Assembly: GCF_018350175.1 (NCBI RefSeq)
Contig: NC_058368.1
Location: 217,188,001-217,252,000, forward strand
From: Felis catus
Lineage: Eukaryota
Direction of reading: 5' to 3'
DNA: 64,000 nucleotides
Positions 41,317 through 54,696 of this stretch are shown here, in pieces. The position numbers and the translations under genes were made by a program. How positions within the stretch are numbered: position 1 is the first letter of the stretch; every line of letters begins with the position of its first letter. Below the pieces are notes generated by a model that did not search any database, was not told where the DNA came from, and saw nothing but the letters and a program-made list of their open reading frames with translations.

Positions 41317-42859
41317 AAAAGTACATAAGCCCTGTCCTTTTGTTGATGGAGTTATTTCTCATCAGTGTACAGATCAAGTACTGCTATACGTGTACTGATA
41401 TTGAACAGTTAAATAAACACGTGGGAGCCAGATTTCTTACTGTTGATGTGAACGTTCACAGGTAAACATAAGAAGGAGGCTTGAAAGATCCATGTATTAA
41501 GGGGATGAAACTGAGAGACCAGTATAAGCTCATTTTTACCTTCATTAGACACAGATGTAGAAACATTTTTATGTATGTGTTTATACAGAGGTTAATATGC
41601 ATTCACACTTCGTTTTCTTTGTCAGCTTACAGTCAGGAAGCAACAAGATTCTAGCAGCAATGAACACACTCGAATCAAAATCTTGGTTTCTAATGCTATT
41701 CTGCAATAAAGAAAACCGCTGCTCATTGGAGAAATGACTGATATTATAAGTAATAAGTAAGTAAATACATAAGTAATTATAAATAAATAAGTGTTGCATT
41801 TATATTTATTAGATATTATATATTAAATTAATTATAAATAAATAAAATTAACTGATGGAAATATATCAAAGGGACACAGTAGGAACCAACTAAAAGAACA
41901 CTCAATGGCCAAAGCTAGAAAATTTGAGTGGGAAAATTAATAAAGAAGTAATGGGTTATAACCCAAAGGATAAAATAAATATTAGGTCATGTTGATAAAT
42001 AAGTAATTGAACAAATATGCGTGACAGAACAGACAAATCTCTCATGCAGAAGAATTATACATATTCTCTCAAGAAGAGAGAGTATAAGCCTTCATTCCAT
42101 AAGTGTGAGCTGTACCAAGTTACTTCCCTCCAAAGAGTAAAAATGGAAAAGGAAAAAAAGTAACTTTATAGTGTAGAAACCTAACAAACTCTACCTCAGA
42201 CAGGTGATTAAAGTTGATATAATCAGTGATAAATCATGTTAATAGTAGATACTCTTGACATGACATAATGAGATAGACTTTTACCTCTGTCCTCTTCCAC
42301 CTTAAAATCCGTAACTCCAGTCTAATCAGAAGAAAAACATCATCTAAATTACAATAGAGTAGTAGTCTATAAAATACCTGAGCAGTCAAGGTTATCAAAA
42401 ACAAGAGATTCTGAGATATGGTCACAGCCAAGAACAGCCTCAAGAAAACATACAAATAAATGTAATGTGGCATTCTGGATGGGATAATGAACAGGAAAAA
42501 AGATATTAGATAACCTGAATAAAGTATGATTTTGGCTTATAATAATGTATCAATACCAGTCCAGTAGTTGTAACAAATTCTATACTAAAGTGAAGTGTTA
42601 GTAGAAGCAAAGGTAAGTTAATAGAAGTAAGTAAGTAGAAGTAACAGTAAGAAGTTACTAGAAGTAAAGGTACAGGTACAAGGGTGCAAGGTATATGGGA
42701 ACTTGCTGAAGTATCTTCTTAATTTTTCTGTAAATCAAAAACAGTTCTAAAGATAAATGTATTTAAAACAACAACAACAACAACAACAACAACAAAAACA
42801 ATGTGTCTAATGCTGTTAACCTTGTTAGTTAACAGAGATCTTTTGAAGGTCTATGAAAC

Positions 42860-43025
42860 CACAGAATGAAAGGATCTCACCTGAATCACCATGCAGGCAT
42901 CCCGCAGGAATCCTGCTTGCAAACGTGCATTATCACGTCAGCATGAAGCAAATGTCTGTTGTGTTATGCCATGAAAATCATGGAATTTATTTGTTCTAGC
43001 AGCTAAAGTCACTCTATGAGATACA
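42860..43025 (+). mobile_element. MLT1 LTR 3' end
   Basis: gttgtgttatgccatgaaaatcatggaatttatttgttctagcagc...ataca. Confidence 0.6.
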
Positions 43026-43985
43026 ATCTTACTATGATGTTCACTTTAATATATGGTATCTGGTTTCAGATTGCAGATCCAATAACTGAGTAAATGTATC
43101 TGGATGTAAAAGATTAAAAAACATATATTTGGTATTTATTTGATGTTTCAAAAAATAAAATTGAGCCAGTTTTATAAGTTAGGTAGGCCCCGTGTATTAG
43201 TCACTGGGGATATAGTGATGAACACAGAAAATAACCGCTCTTAACCGTTAGGATAGCAAAGTCATCTGGAAATGAGAAGAATGTGGAGCTAGAGAGAAAG
43301 GAAAAGAGGAAAAGGAGGAAAGAAATGATGTTAGAAAAGAGAACAAGGGCCCCGGAGGAATTTTATCGTGAGTAATTCTTGAAAAGGAGACAATACAAAA
43401 GTCAAATCTAAAGACTTTTTTCAAGGTGTTTCTTCCTCAGATTTCTTGTGCACTTTCAAAATGCAAAAGCGTTGATGTTCTGAAATGAAAGAGCTTTAAA
43501 CAATATCAAGGAATATTTAAATATTTACTTCCTTAAGATTTTTAGCACGTGTTGGCATATCTGCAACTTCTAGAAGGAAAATAAATGTTGAATGGTAGTA
43601 TACAAGGGATAAGGGAGAAAAAAAATAATTCATCCTTAACCTACATATGTGGGTCTCTCATAACACAGGCTTTTAATATCCACATTTCATTAGTCAAATA
43701 TTGAAATACCTACCATGAAGAATTTGACATGTTTTTAAAATCATTTTAAATAGGCACATATCTAGGAAATAAAATATATATCATTTTTACACAGCTGTGG
43801 GTTTTTTTCCTGCTAGTAGGAAAAAAATGATTTCCTCTAACTAGAGCCCTATTTCATATTAAGCAAACATGTAAAACAATTTGCCTATAATATCTAATTC
43901 ATTGGTAAAGGTTAGTTTATTTAAGGAAGTGACTTGCCAACTTATTTAGAAAATCCCATTGTGACAAAAAATAAGTTGAAAATTC

Positions 43986-44205
43986 GGGGTGCCTAGGTGG
44001 TTCAGTCCTTTAAGCAGATGACTCTTGATTTCTGCTCAGGTCATGATCTCAAGGTTCATGTGTTTGAGCCCCGCGTCAGGCTCTGCTCTGACAGTGTGGA
44101 GCCTGCTTGGGATTCTCTCTCTCCCTCTCTCTCTCTGCTCCTCCCTGGCTCGTGCCCACACATGCACTTTCTCTCTAAAAATAAATAAATAAACAAACTT
44201 TTTAA
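43986..44205 (+). mobile_element. Can-SINE
   Basis: Full body; aagttgaa on both sides. Confidence 0.95.
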
Positions 44206-44468
44206 AGTTGAAGAAAACTAAATCAAATAGCATATATTAGTGCGTATAGAAACTGAAATATGATAGGATGATTAATCAACATGTGAAAAATTAACTTTAA
44301 CTTCTACCCTACATTAGCTTTTTTCATGACACGTGTCACTGTATAAGAAAGGTTGTCTGTGAATAAAGAGTTTTTTTATTGCATTCTTTATTTTACTTCA
44401 TCTCTTAATAGATCCTTTAAAAATGGGAATCCTTAAGTTATTCATGGAATTGTTAAAGTGAAACATTA

Positions 44469-44577
44469 GGGTGCTTGAGTGGCTCAGTCAGTTAAGCTGT
44501 AGACTCTTGATCTCAGGGTCATGAGTTTAAGCCCTGCTCTGGGGTCTACACTGGGCATGAAGCCTACTTAAAAAAAA
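44469..44577 (+). mobile_element. Short Can-SINE lacking the (CT)n region
   Basis: tRNA-like head followed by gaagcctacttaaaaaaa; TSD-like gaaacatta. Confidence 0.88.
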
Positions 44578-47169
44578 TGAAAGGAAACATTAAAATACTA
44601 CTTAAGTTTAGGTTTCTCAGGAACTTGTTCTAAGAAAGAGAAATCACTGAGTGAACTTTTTGTTTGAATTGCTTTTATGAGCCCTAATACAGACAGTGTA
44701 TCTGAGTAAGTTCAGATAAATTTCCCAGAAAAAGAAAAGAATGACCTTACACAATCAAGAAAATGAATAATTTTAAAAATGTATAAGCTAAAATATGACA
44801 GTAATTTTCTCAAGCAGTCAGGCACATTGCCCTCTTATATTACCGGGCCCAATGAATTATGAATGTTGGCTGAATAAAAAGCCTGAGGGTGACAACAGGA
44901 GCCACGTTTTGTCATTTGCACTTACAGAATGTCTACTGCCCTAGCTGGATTTCGGAATCTTACCATAATCACTGGCTGCTAAGGACGTTGGGAAACACAT
45001 GACGAGTACTTCGGGGGGTGGGGAAGATGAAATACTAATTGCTAACCATGATAATGAGCTTAAAACGTGTAGACAAGTTAGTTTTTTGAACTGCACGAGC
45101 AGCCAAGCTCCTCAAACTCCCACTGTCTTAACCTATCCGAACACATGGAAGCAAAAATCAAAATGAAAATGCACTTTTCAGCAGACATCTCAGCTGCAGG
45201 AATTATGAGTGGGAAGGACAGGTGTTCTGAGAGATTCTACAGTGCTTCCGTTGCTAAGGAGACCACTTTCATCAGTTCAGAAAGGCTGATAACCTGGACT
45301 TTTGCTGCCAAAATGGTATCAACACAGGTTGGAACTGATATAAACACGCATACACAAACGAAAAGGACAGAGGGAGTTTTAAAAATAACTCAATGGTAAG
45401 GTTGCATTGAGAGATAATTGGTAAAATGTTTGTATATTAAAGGAGAATTGTTGCTTAATTGCTAAATAATTTGCAGCAGATTAGTCTGCGCACATAATTC
45501 CAAAGTTAAAGTATAAAAATAGACAAAGTTAATTTATGTCCATGATCTCAGGAGCAAACAGTGGTAAGGGAACTGATGACGTGTGTGTTTAAAGAATTCA
45601 TAGCAAGGCTCAAGTTATTTTTTACATGATGCTAGTTATATAAAATACAGAAAAGTAAATAGTAGATAATTTTGTTAGATATTAATAGATCCTAATTAAT
45701 AATTTCTCATGCAAGTTGTAGATGAGACATAGAAGCATCTTTGAATGATGTGATATTAATTGGTGGTGTGAGGGGCAAATATGATTAATATTGCATATGT
45801 CTCACCCAAATATTTTATGCTTATAAAAGGTTTGTAAACGTATCACAATCATCTTTTTGAACCATTGAACTATTGCTTGAATGATGTACTGTTTTTTTTC
45901 TTTACAGCATCAAGTAACATAAAGATGTGTCTGCGAAAAAAAAGAGGAAGTGGCAAGCAAATCTGAGAGAAAAACTCTTCCTTCTCAGGTTTGATTAGTG
46001 CAAGATTTCCTTTAAAATAGCAAGGAATACTATCAAAATTTAATAGTTGGAGTCTAATAACAAAGTATGATTATATTGTATTACATTGTATTGTACTATA
46101 TTATATAACCCTTTTTGTGGAGAGAGACGTTGCATTTTTCACTTTGTGCCATTTTCATCATAAAGTCATTTGTTTTAGAAATAGTTCTATAACTTTGGCA
46201 AAGTTTGACAGGCCTGTCACAGCTGCAGATAATGGTATGATTTGATATTTATAAAGTATCAAGCTTTCTAGAGATATATGTTTCTAGTTTCCATGACAAT
46301 TGAGGAATCACTAGAGCTGATTTTTATTTATCTTCTTTTACTGGAATCAAATAGTGTTATTTATAGGGCTGTTTTTTAAAAACCTGTGACAATTAACTCT
46401 TAAATTAACTGTGTTATAAAATTAATAGCACTTTGCCTATTTATACAGTCAACAAACATATCTCAAGCCTATACTTGCAAAAACCAACAAAAACAATTCC
46501 ATGTTTAATTTAAATGCTCAGGTGGAAATCACTCCAACTCTGATGGGATTTTTTTCTTTTTTCTTCTCTTTTCTTTTTTTTTTTCTTTTCCTTTGTTTAA
46601 TTTGGTTTACTAGTACTTGGCAACATGAAAATATTAACTGTAAACCACTTTATAAAGTTGTTGTAAGAATTGCATGTGTTTATACATGTATAGTATTTAT
46701 AAATGTGCTTTGCGTGTATTTCAGTGCTGTGTAAACATTTTTCACTATAATGCAAGTTCTGTGAAGGAAGAGACTCCTGAGAATACCTGGCAGATACTAG
46801 ATACTCAGTAAAATTTTGTTAATTGAGAACATTTTGAGTTTATCAATTATTTTTCTTCTTATCGGTTTTAAAATAACACACGTAAAATAGGAACCTCACA
46901 TTTTGTACTAGTGGTCTTCAAACTGGGAAAGCTGCAAGTCTGCATTTACACTCAGACTCTCCCAGCTGTGTGTAAGTAGGCATGGATAACATAGAGAATG
47001 AATTTTCAGACAGCCAACTATAGTAACTATTCCACGTTACAAAAAAAAAACAAAAACAAAAACATAACAAAACAAAACAAAACAAAACAAAAAACCTGCC
47101 TAAGATGACTTGGCATTTTTTTTTAATTTCCATTTTATGTAAAGAAGGTCTTTATTTTTCCTATCCCAA

Positions 47170-47535
47170 TTAGTACCATGGCCTATTTCCCTTCACTTAA
47201 AAATACCCCTTGTTGTATAAAAATACTGATATTTTATTGCTTAAATTGTTCCAGCTGTGGTCATTTGGAAATCCTTCAGGTTGGCTCCTAGGTTTCTTCA
47301 AATGTTGTCTTCTTCCTTCTTCCTCTTTCCCCCTCTTCTCCTTTCTTCCCACTTCCCCTCCCCTCCCCTTTACCTCTACGACTCTCCTTCCTCCTCCTTC
47401 CTTCTAATCATGTTCTTACTTTCTGGAACCAAGAGATGTTCCAGACATCTTGTATTATGTCTGCCACAGCCCTTGAATCAACTACGTCGACAAGGCGCCC
47501 GGTTCCTTTGATTGGATAAAGGTGCTCAAAAAACA
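47170..47535 (-). mobile_element. L1MC 3'UTR fragment
   Basis: aaattgttccagctgtggtcatttggaa...cttactttctggaaccaagagatgttccag. Confidence 0.75.
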
Positions 47536-49531
47536 ATGTGAAATATTAACATTCGATGAAGGAAGTTGAGGAATAGAAGTGATGTACAAATTTGTAATGG
47601 TCATGAACCTAAATCATTTTTAAGTAAAGCGTTAAAACATTGATGTTGACTATCCAAAACTTTAGACATAACACAAGAAGATAACTGGATGAACTCAGGA
47701 AATCACACTGGCGTACACACAGATACAGGCAAGGATAATTTGCTCTCTGGGAAAATGTTTCTTTGAATTTGTTATTAAATAATATTTCAGACACTGAAAT
47801 CACTTGATAATTTTTAAATCGTTTAATCGAAAATATAACCTGAAATGTTACAGTGAATTACAAACATGCATTAACAAGGTTTGCATCCATGAGCAAGTTC
47901 ATTTCAGCATGCCTTTGACTGACTGATAAAAGCTGCATGCTCAACTTCTCCTTTGGACAAGCTTCACTAGCATACCGATTCCCTAATAAATGAGTCAATT
48001 TTTGACATATGCTCATTCTATTTTTATTTTTATAAGACTCGTGGTTTTAATTTTTTGAAAATTAGATCTTAATATAACAAATCTTTCATTAGTTAAGGCA
48101 CTATGAACCCATTAAAAGTCTTGTCTGTTTCATTTTTATACATAATTTGAATAAGGGTGAAATTATCGCTTAAAATGTAGTGTTTCAATCTTCATTGATA
48201 TGTTACAAATTCACAGTGGGGCAACAGGAGGGCTGAAATTTAAAAATTAATTTACTTGCCTTTTTCGTTCCTCAAGTGAAATGTTGTCAAAGGCTGAAAT
48301 GCACCCGACGGAGAGGTCTTTGTGGCTAATAATAGGATCTGTAGGAACTATTGAAGAAAATGTATTTTTATATCATACAGACCCAGTGCTGTATCTGCTT
48401 ATTGTTGAAATAGATTTCAAAACTATAGTCATCATAGCGATGCATATTAATGCATTAATTTCATTGAAACCTTATAAATAATCTCCCCAACTTTCCTTTC
48501 CGGAGAAACTATTACCTGTCAAGGTACTATGTATTCTCTCTTAGTATAGTATGCATAATAAATTTACTTTTATTTGCACATTGTATTTTCTGGTGGAGTT
48601 CTCAAGGGTCAATGCATGACATTCTGTGGAGGTCGCAGTGAGATTCAGTCAAGACTTCCTTATTGCCATCATTTCAAAAGGACTTGTCACTCCCGCGAAT
48701 GAAAGTCACACACTGAGTTTAAGTTACAATAAGGAATTCCAAAATACTTAGTTCATTTTATCTCCTAAGAAATAGAAACTTTTTTAAAAAGTGTTTGATT
48801 AAATGACTATATTTCAAAATGTTTATGCTGGGAAAAAATCTATCTGTTTCTAACAATACTACCATATGTCTTTCTGTCTATCCTAATCATCTGTTATGAG
48901 TTTAGGGGGAAATAGATAGGAAGAAGATCCGCAGAGGGCTAATGGTCCATCGTTCTACCATCCCAAAGGACTGATGGGATCCTAAGATCTCTTTGGATCA
49001 GTATTCTTTATACAGACTTTGCCTTGAGTTAACTTTATATAAACATATAGACACTTTCTTTAGTTGTATCAATTATTTCCATGAGAACTGCTTTATGTAG
49101 TTTCACCTGTCCAGCTCCTGAGTTCATTGGATACTCAGTGTATAATGACTTATTTTTAGCCAGGTTCTGAAGACATTAGATTTACACAACACACTTCTGA
49201 TTAATGTTATTGCAGTTATGGTAGGCAAACCTTTCTGATAGGCATAATTCCAACAGGCAAAATCTGAAAATGCCTAAGATATTTGGGGGAAATTTGTTCA
49301 TTTGAGAGATGATTTGGAAGAGAAAATGGGATAGAAATCTCAGAGGAAGATTCTCTTTACCCACTCTAAAAGAGACACCACATTGATCAATGTAAGAAAT
49401 GCCCTCTTTTTTTCATTTATGTACATTGGGATACATTTATATACATTTTTTTTCTGTGAATCATATAGTTGATAAAGTTGTAAAGACACGTGTTATTGTT
49501 TAAACCAGCTGTAATGTCTTTATCTCTTTTT

Positions 49532-50063
49532 TAATTGTTTGCCAATTTTATTTTTGCCAGCTTTATTGAGAATTAACTGACACATAACATGATGTAACTT
49601 TAAGGTGTGCAATATGTAGATTTTGTATATATATGTACTGCAAAATGATTACCACCATAGCATGAACTAATTATTTTGTCTCTGCATGTTACTAATTCCT
49701 TTTGTGGATGAGACCATTTAAATCTACTCTCATAGCAACATTCAAGTATATATACAGTATTGTTAGCTATAATTACCATGCTACATATTAGATTTGTTAA
49801 TACTATAACTGGACATTGATATCTTTTGACCAGTATCTCCCCATGTCTCCCCCCTCTCCCTCAGTCCCCACTAACCATTACTCTACTCTCTGTTTCACTG
49901 ATTTTGATATTTTTAGCTTCCACATATAAGTGATATCAGAGAGTATCATATATCTTTATATTTATTTGTCTTCATGATTTATTTCACTCAGCATAATGCC
50001 TTCAAGTTTTATTCAAGTTCTCGCAAATGACAGGACTTCCTTCTTTCTCATGGCTAAATAATA

Positions 50064-50101
<38 letters not shown>

Positions 50102-51419
50102 ACATCTTTTTTATTAATTCATCCATTGGCAGACACTGAGGTTGTTGCCATTGGCTATTATCAATAATGCTGCAATGAATATGGGGACGCAGATATCTTT
50201 CTGAGATCCTGTTTTTATTTCCTTTGGATATACCAAGAAATGGGATTGCTGGGTCATATGGTAGTTCTATTTTTAATTTTTTGAGGAATCTCCCTATTTT
50301 TTTCCACAGTAGATGCAGTGATTTACATTCCCACCAAAAGGGCACAAGTTTCCCTTTTCTCTACACCCTCATCAACACTTGTTAGCTCTTGTCTTTTTGA
50401 TGATAGCCATTCTAACAAAAGTGAGGTGATATCTTGTTGTGGTTTTGATTTGCATCTCCCTGATGATTAGTGATGTTGAGCACATTTTCATGTATATTTT
50501 ATACATCTTCTCTGGAAAAATGTCTGTTAAGTTCCATCGCCCATTTTTAACCAGGTTGTCTGGGTTTTTTCTATTGAGTTGTATGAGTTCTATATATATT
50601 TTAGATATTAATTCCATACCAGATATGTGATGTACAAATATTTTATCCCATCCCATAGGTTGCCTTTTCATTTTGTTGATGGTTTCTTTTGATGTACGGA
50701 AGTTTTTTTAGTTTCATGTAGTACAACTTCTTTATTTTTGCCTTGATTTTGCTTATGCTTTTGATATCATATCCAGGAAATCAATGCCAAGACCAATGTC
50801 AAGGAGCTTTTCTCCTGTTTTCTTCTATGAGTTTTATCGTTTCAGGTCTTATATTTAAGACTTTAATCCATTTCAATTTTATTTTCATGAGTAGTGTAAG
50901 ATCAAAGTACAATTTAATCCGCATACAGTCCTCCATTTTTCCCAGCACCAATTATTGAAGAGATTATAGTTTCTCGCATTTAGTATACTTGGCTCCCATT
51001 GTGAAATATCAGTTGACTGTATATGCAAGGGTTTCTGAGCTCTTGATTTTGTTTTATTAGTTTATGTGTCTATTTTTAAGCTAATACTATATTATTTTGA
51101 TTATTGTAGTTTTGTAGTGTAGTTTGAAATCAGGAAGTATGATATCTCCAGGCTTGTTCTTCGTCATTACAATTATCTTGGCTTTGAGGTGTATTGTGGC
51201 TCCATAAAAAATTAGATTATTTTTCTATTTCTATGAAAGATTCCATTGGAATTTTGATAAGGATTTCATTGAATGTATGGATGGTTTTGGGTAATATGGC
51301 TGTTCTAACAAGACTGATTCTTCTGATCCATGAACATAAAGTACCTTTCCATTTGTTTGTATCTTCTTCAGTTTCGTTCACCAAGGTCATGTAGTTTTCA
51401 GTATAAATTTTCCACTTCC
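49532..51419 (-). mobile_element. L1MA9-like element, sense (3') arm
   Basis: 3' end ctttattgagaattaactgacacataac; minus ORFs 50013-50345 and 50372-50671 resemble the ORF2 C-terminus (REMQIKTTTRYHLT, KIELPYDPAIP). Confidence 0.93.
50066..50097. repeat. (TG)n microsatellite within L1
   Basis: Seen directly. Confidence 0.95.
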
Positions 51420-52757
51420 AAACACACTTTATACCTCAAGGAACTCAAAGAAGAAAAACAAACTAAGCCCAATGTTAGTAAAAGGAAGGCAATAACAAAG
51501 ATCAGAGCAGAAGTGAATGAAATAGAAATCAGAGACACAACAGGAAAGATCAATGACACAAAGAGCTAAATTTTGGAAAAGATAAACAAAATTGATAAAC
51601 CTTTAATTAGAATGAGAAAAAAAGGGAGAGGACTCAAATAAATAATATCATAAATGACAAGGGATGAGGAGACATTATACCTGATACTACAAATATACAA
51701 AGGATCCTGAGAGAGTATTACGAACAATTATATGCTGACAAACTGGATAACCTAGAAGAAATGAATAAATTTGAAGGACATAAACCTACCAATCAGGACC
51801 ATGAAGAAATAAAAAATCCTAACAGACCAATAACAAGTAAGAAGATAGAGTCAGTAATCAACAATTATCCAACAAAGAAAAGTCCAGATTTCACTAGTGA
51901 ATTCTATCAAACATCTAGAGAATTAATGCCAATTCTTCTCAAACTCCTCCAAAAACATGAAGATGAGGGAACACTCCCAAACTCAGTTTACAAGGCCAGC
52001 ATTACCTTGACTCCAAAGCCTGATGAGGACACTACAAGAAAAGAAAATTACAGATCAACATCACTGATAAATATAGATGCAAAAATTGTCAACAGAATAT
52101 TAGCAAACTGAATTGAACATCACATTACAAGGATCATACATCATGATCAGTGGGATTTATCCATAAATCAATAAATGTGATGCACATTATTTGAATGAAA
52201 GATAATCATATAGTCATTTCAATAGAGATAGAAAAAACATCTAACAAAATATAATGTCTTTTTATGATTAAAAAAAACCACTTAACAAATTGAGTATAGA
52301 AGGAACATACCTCGACACAATGAAGGCCATAGATGACAAACCAACAGCAAAAATCATAGTCAATAGTGAAAGATTAAAAGCTTTTCTTCTGATGTCAGAA
52401 ACAAGACAAGGGTAACCACTTTCATTGCTCCTATTCAACATAACACTGGAAGTCCTAGCCAGAATAATAAAGCAAGAAAATGAAATAATAAAAAGCATCC
52501 AAGTAGAAAATAAAGTAGTAAAATTTTTTGTTTACAGATGATGTGATTTAGAGAAAATACTAAAAACAGCAGAAAAAACTGCTAAAACAAATCAACAAAT
52601 TCAGTAAAGTTGTGGAATACAAAATCAACATACAGAAAACTGTTGTTTTCCATATACAAACACCAAAACATCAGAAAAAGAAAAAAAGAAAAATTCATTG
52701 ATGATAACATAAAAAACCATAATACTTGGGAATAAATGTAACTGAGGAAGTGAAAAA
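51420..52757 (+). mobile_element. Inverted 5' arm of the same L1 (ORF2 linker to RT)
   Basis: ORFs 51330-51569 (LKELKEEKQTKP..KIRAEVNEIE) and 51761-52111 (FTSEFYQT...KENYRSTSLINIDAKIVNRILAN). Confidence 0.93.
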
Positions 52758-54027
52758 TCGATTTCTCTTTTTATGTGTTGTCAAAATGCATCTTTCTACA
52801 ACAAAGCCCTCTCCCTTGATTACGCAGGAAGTAGCTTTTCACAGTGGTAATTTTATATGTCTAGAGTAAATTCCAGGTACTTCTTATATTGTTGCAATTC
52901 TTTTCTTCTTATTTTGCCTTCTTGGAGAAACTTTGGAGATTAGATAACGTAAAATAGTTTTCTATCATTATATGTATACTCTGGGAATATCGAGTACAAA
53001 TAATCTATATTTTCTAAAAAGTTTAAAGAGTAATTCTTCCATTTTTTCCCTTATTGGACCCATACCTTAAAAGAAAAATTTAATAAAGGATTAGTAGTGG
53101 CCTTCCTTGCTAGGTAAGAAAAAAAAGGAGACACTTAGATCCTTTGGTATGAATTGTAGAATTTTAACAACTTTTGATATAAGAATAGTTTTATTTTATT
53201 AAGGGTCAAGTTAGTATTTCTCATAAATAGACAATATTTTCAAAAAATTGAATAATTTCATTTTAGTTTTAAAATATTTCATGTCGTCTAATAAATTGTA
53301 TTGTCATCTAGAATTATGTTAATACATTATTTTAGTTAATTATATTATACACATATATTTTTTATAAAACAAAAGCAAATATTTTAATTGTATTCTAGCT
53401 ATTACAATCATTGTTATAGATTTGTGCACATCTAAACTCACATACCACACACCCAGCACACTGGCATATTAAGATTAAATAGCAAGTTAAGATTAAAACA
53501 AAGGTAATAAACGGTAAAAAATCGTTTAAAAATACAATTTGAGGCCACAATCCAAATGTCAAATGTTAGGTAAAATCGTTTATCCCCGCTTAGGTTTATC
53601 TTGCTTTAAAATAATGTATTCAAAAGAAGTAATTATCATTTTAAAAATAAAGTTAGTTTAATGTTAATGGATTTATGCGTACAGGAGAATTTATGAATGT
53701 TACACATTCTTACATGGAGGAATAAAAAAGTAAATTTAAAATTTGTATTGTTTCTATACAATGATAAAGGTTTTTGTGCCCAAAAACAACAATTTATTTT
53801 TATCACAAAATTATACTGCTAGGGTTTCAAACACCTGGCATGCTCCCAATTTATTTAGCCAAAAATTCCTTATTAAAAAACCTTGCTAATTATTATTGTT
53901 GCTAGCTTCTGTTTATATTTAATTTTTCCAGGAACTATTGTCTTGCTCTTAAGTATGATAAAATAAAGAAAATTTTCACCTCTTAATGTTGGTAGATCCT
54001 GCTCCTGGACTCCTTGGGGAAGCTATA

Positions 54028-54441
54028 TGTTAACGTATACCAAGGTCAAAATGACTCAGGAAAACCTGTAAGTATAGGCTCTGTTTTTGTCCCGAGGACA
54101 CATTGTACAACTGCTTCCTTGAAAAAAATAACCAAAAAGGAGTGTTCCAAACATTAAGATAAGAAAAAAGAAAAAAACCTCCTTGGTTCCCATAAGATTA
54201 AAATCAGACAACCTTGCCTATACTAGAAGCTAAAGATAAGGTCTGCAACTTTCTGAAATGTCCTAATGATTTGTGACCTTTTATGTAAAAAATGTATATA
54301 ATCCTACACCAAATGCTCCTTTCCTTGAGCACTTTCTTCCGTGTGAAGATTGTGTGCTCTGGGCAGCCTTCCAAACCTGAGCTGGAATGAAACTCCCTTT
54401 CTGTTAGAAATTCTAAAAGGCTTGTTCAGTTTAGGTCAACA
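54028..54441 (+). mobile_element. Solo LTR (ERV1-like, family not identified)
   Basis: Ends tgttaac...gtcaaca (TG..CA inverted repeat); TATA-like tgtatataat ~54293; polyA-like aatgaaa ~54386. Confidence 0.7.
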
Positions 54442-54696
54442 GGTACTATGATAGTTGTTCTTATCTTGTCTCCTCACAGTCCTTCTTGATTTTGCCTATG
54501 ACAAATGAATTCCCTAGATTTTGAATAATTAAATATTTATTGACTACTGACTCTAGATAGAATAAGCCCTCTATAGCCTATCTTTCTTGCTGATTATAAC
54601 TAAACTCTCTGGAGGAAATCTAAAGAACTCCCTTAAAACTTAGAAAATCAAGCAAAAATTGGCAGATAGGGAGGACGACAAAAACTTGAGGAAGTT

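Larger units (their letters stand above)
38410..42770 (+). mobile_element. L1MC-type element: 5' region joined to the ORF2 end and long 3'UTR, with SINE insertions
   Basis: 5'-like gacttccagtgtagcc start; ORF2-end text 39513-40500; L1MC 3'UTR hallmarks at 41650-42770 (aaatcttggtttctaat, gtcacagccaagaac, tttttctgtaaatc). Confidence 0.75.

Noticed and set aside
44327..44338. 12-bp palindrome TGACACGTGTCA with an E-box
   Set aside because: Many palindromes of this length are expected by chance in 64 kb, and there is no supporting context
45908..45988. 81-nt AG...GT segment with a strong acceptor
   Set aside because: All three frames contain stops and the donor (GTTTGA) is weak; a non-coding exon cannot be excluded
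48260..48293. Minus-strand 34-nt microexon (FDNISLEERK)
   Set aside because: Poor polypyrimidine tract, GC donor, not frame-preserving, peptide not recognised
51761..52111. RT-like ORF as an active reverse transcriptase gene
   Set aside because: Decayed L1 ORF2 fragment bounded by stops and frameshifts
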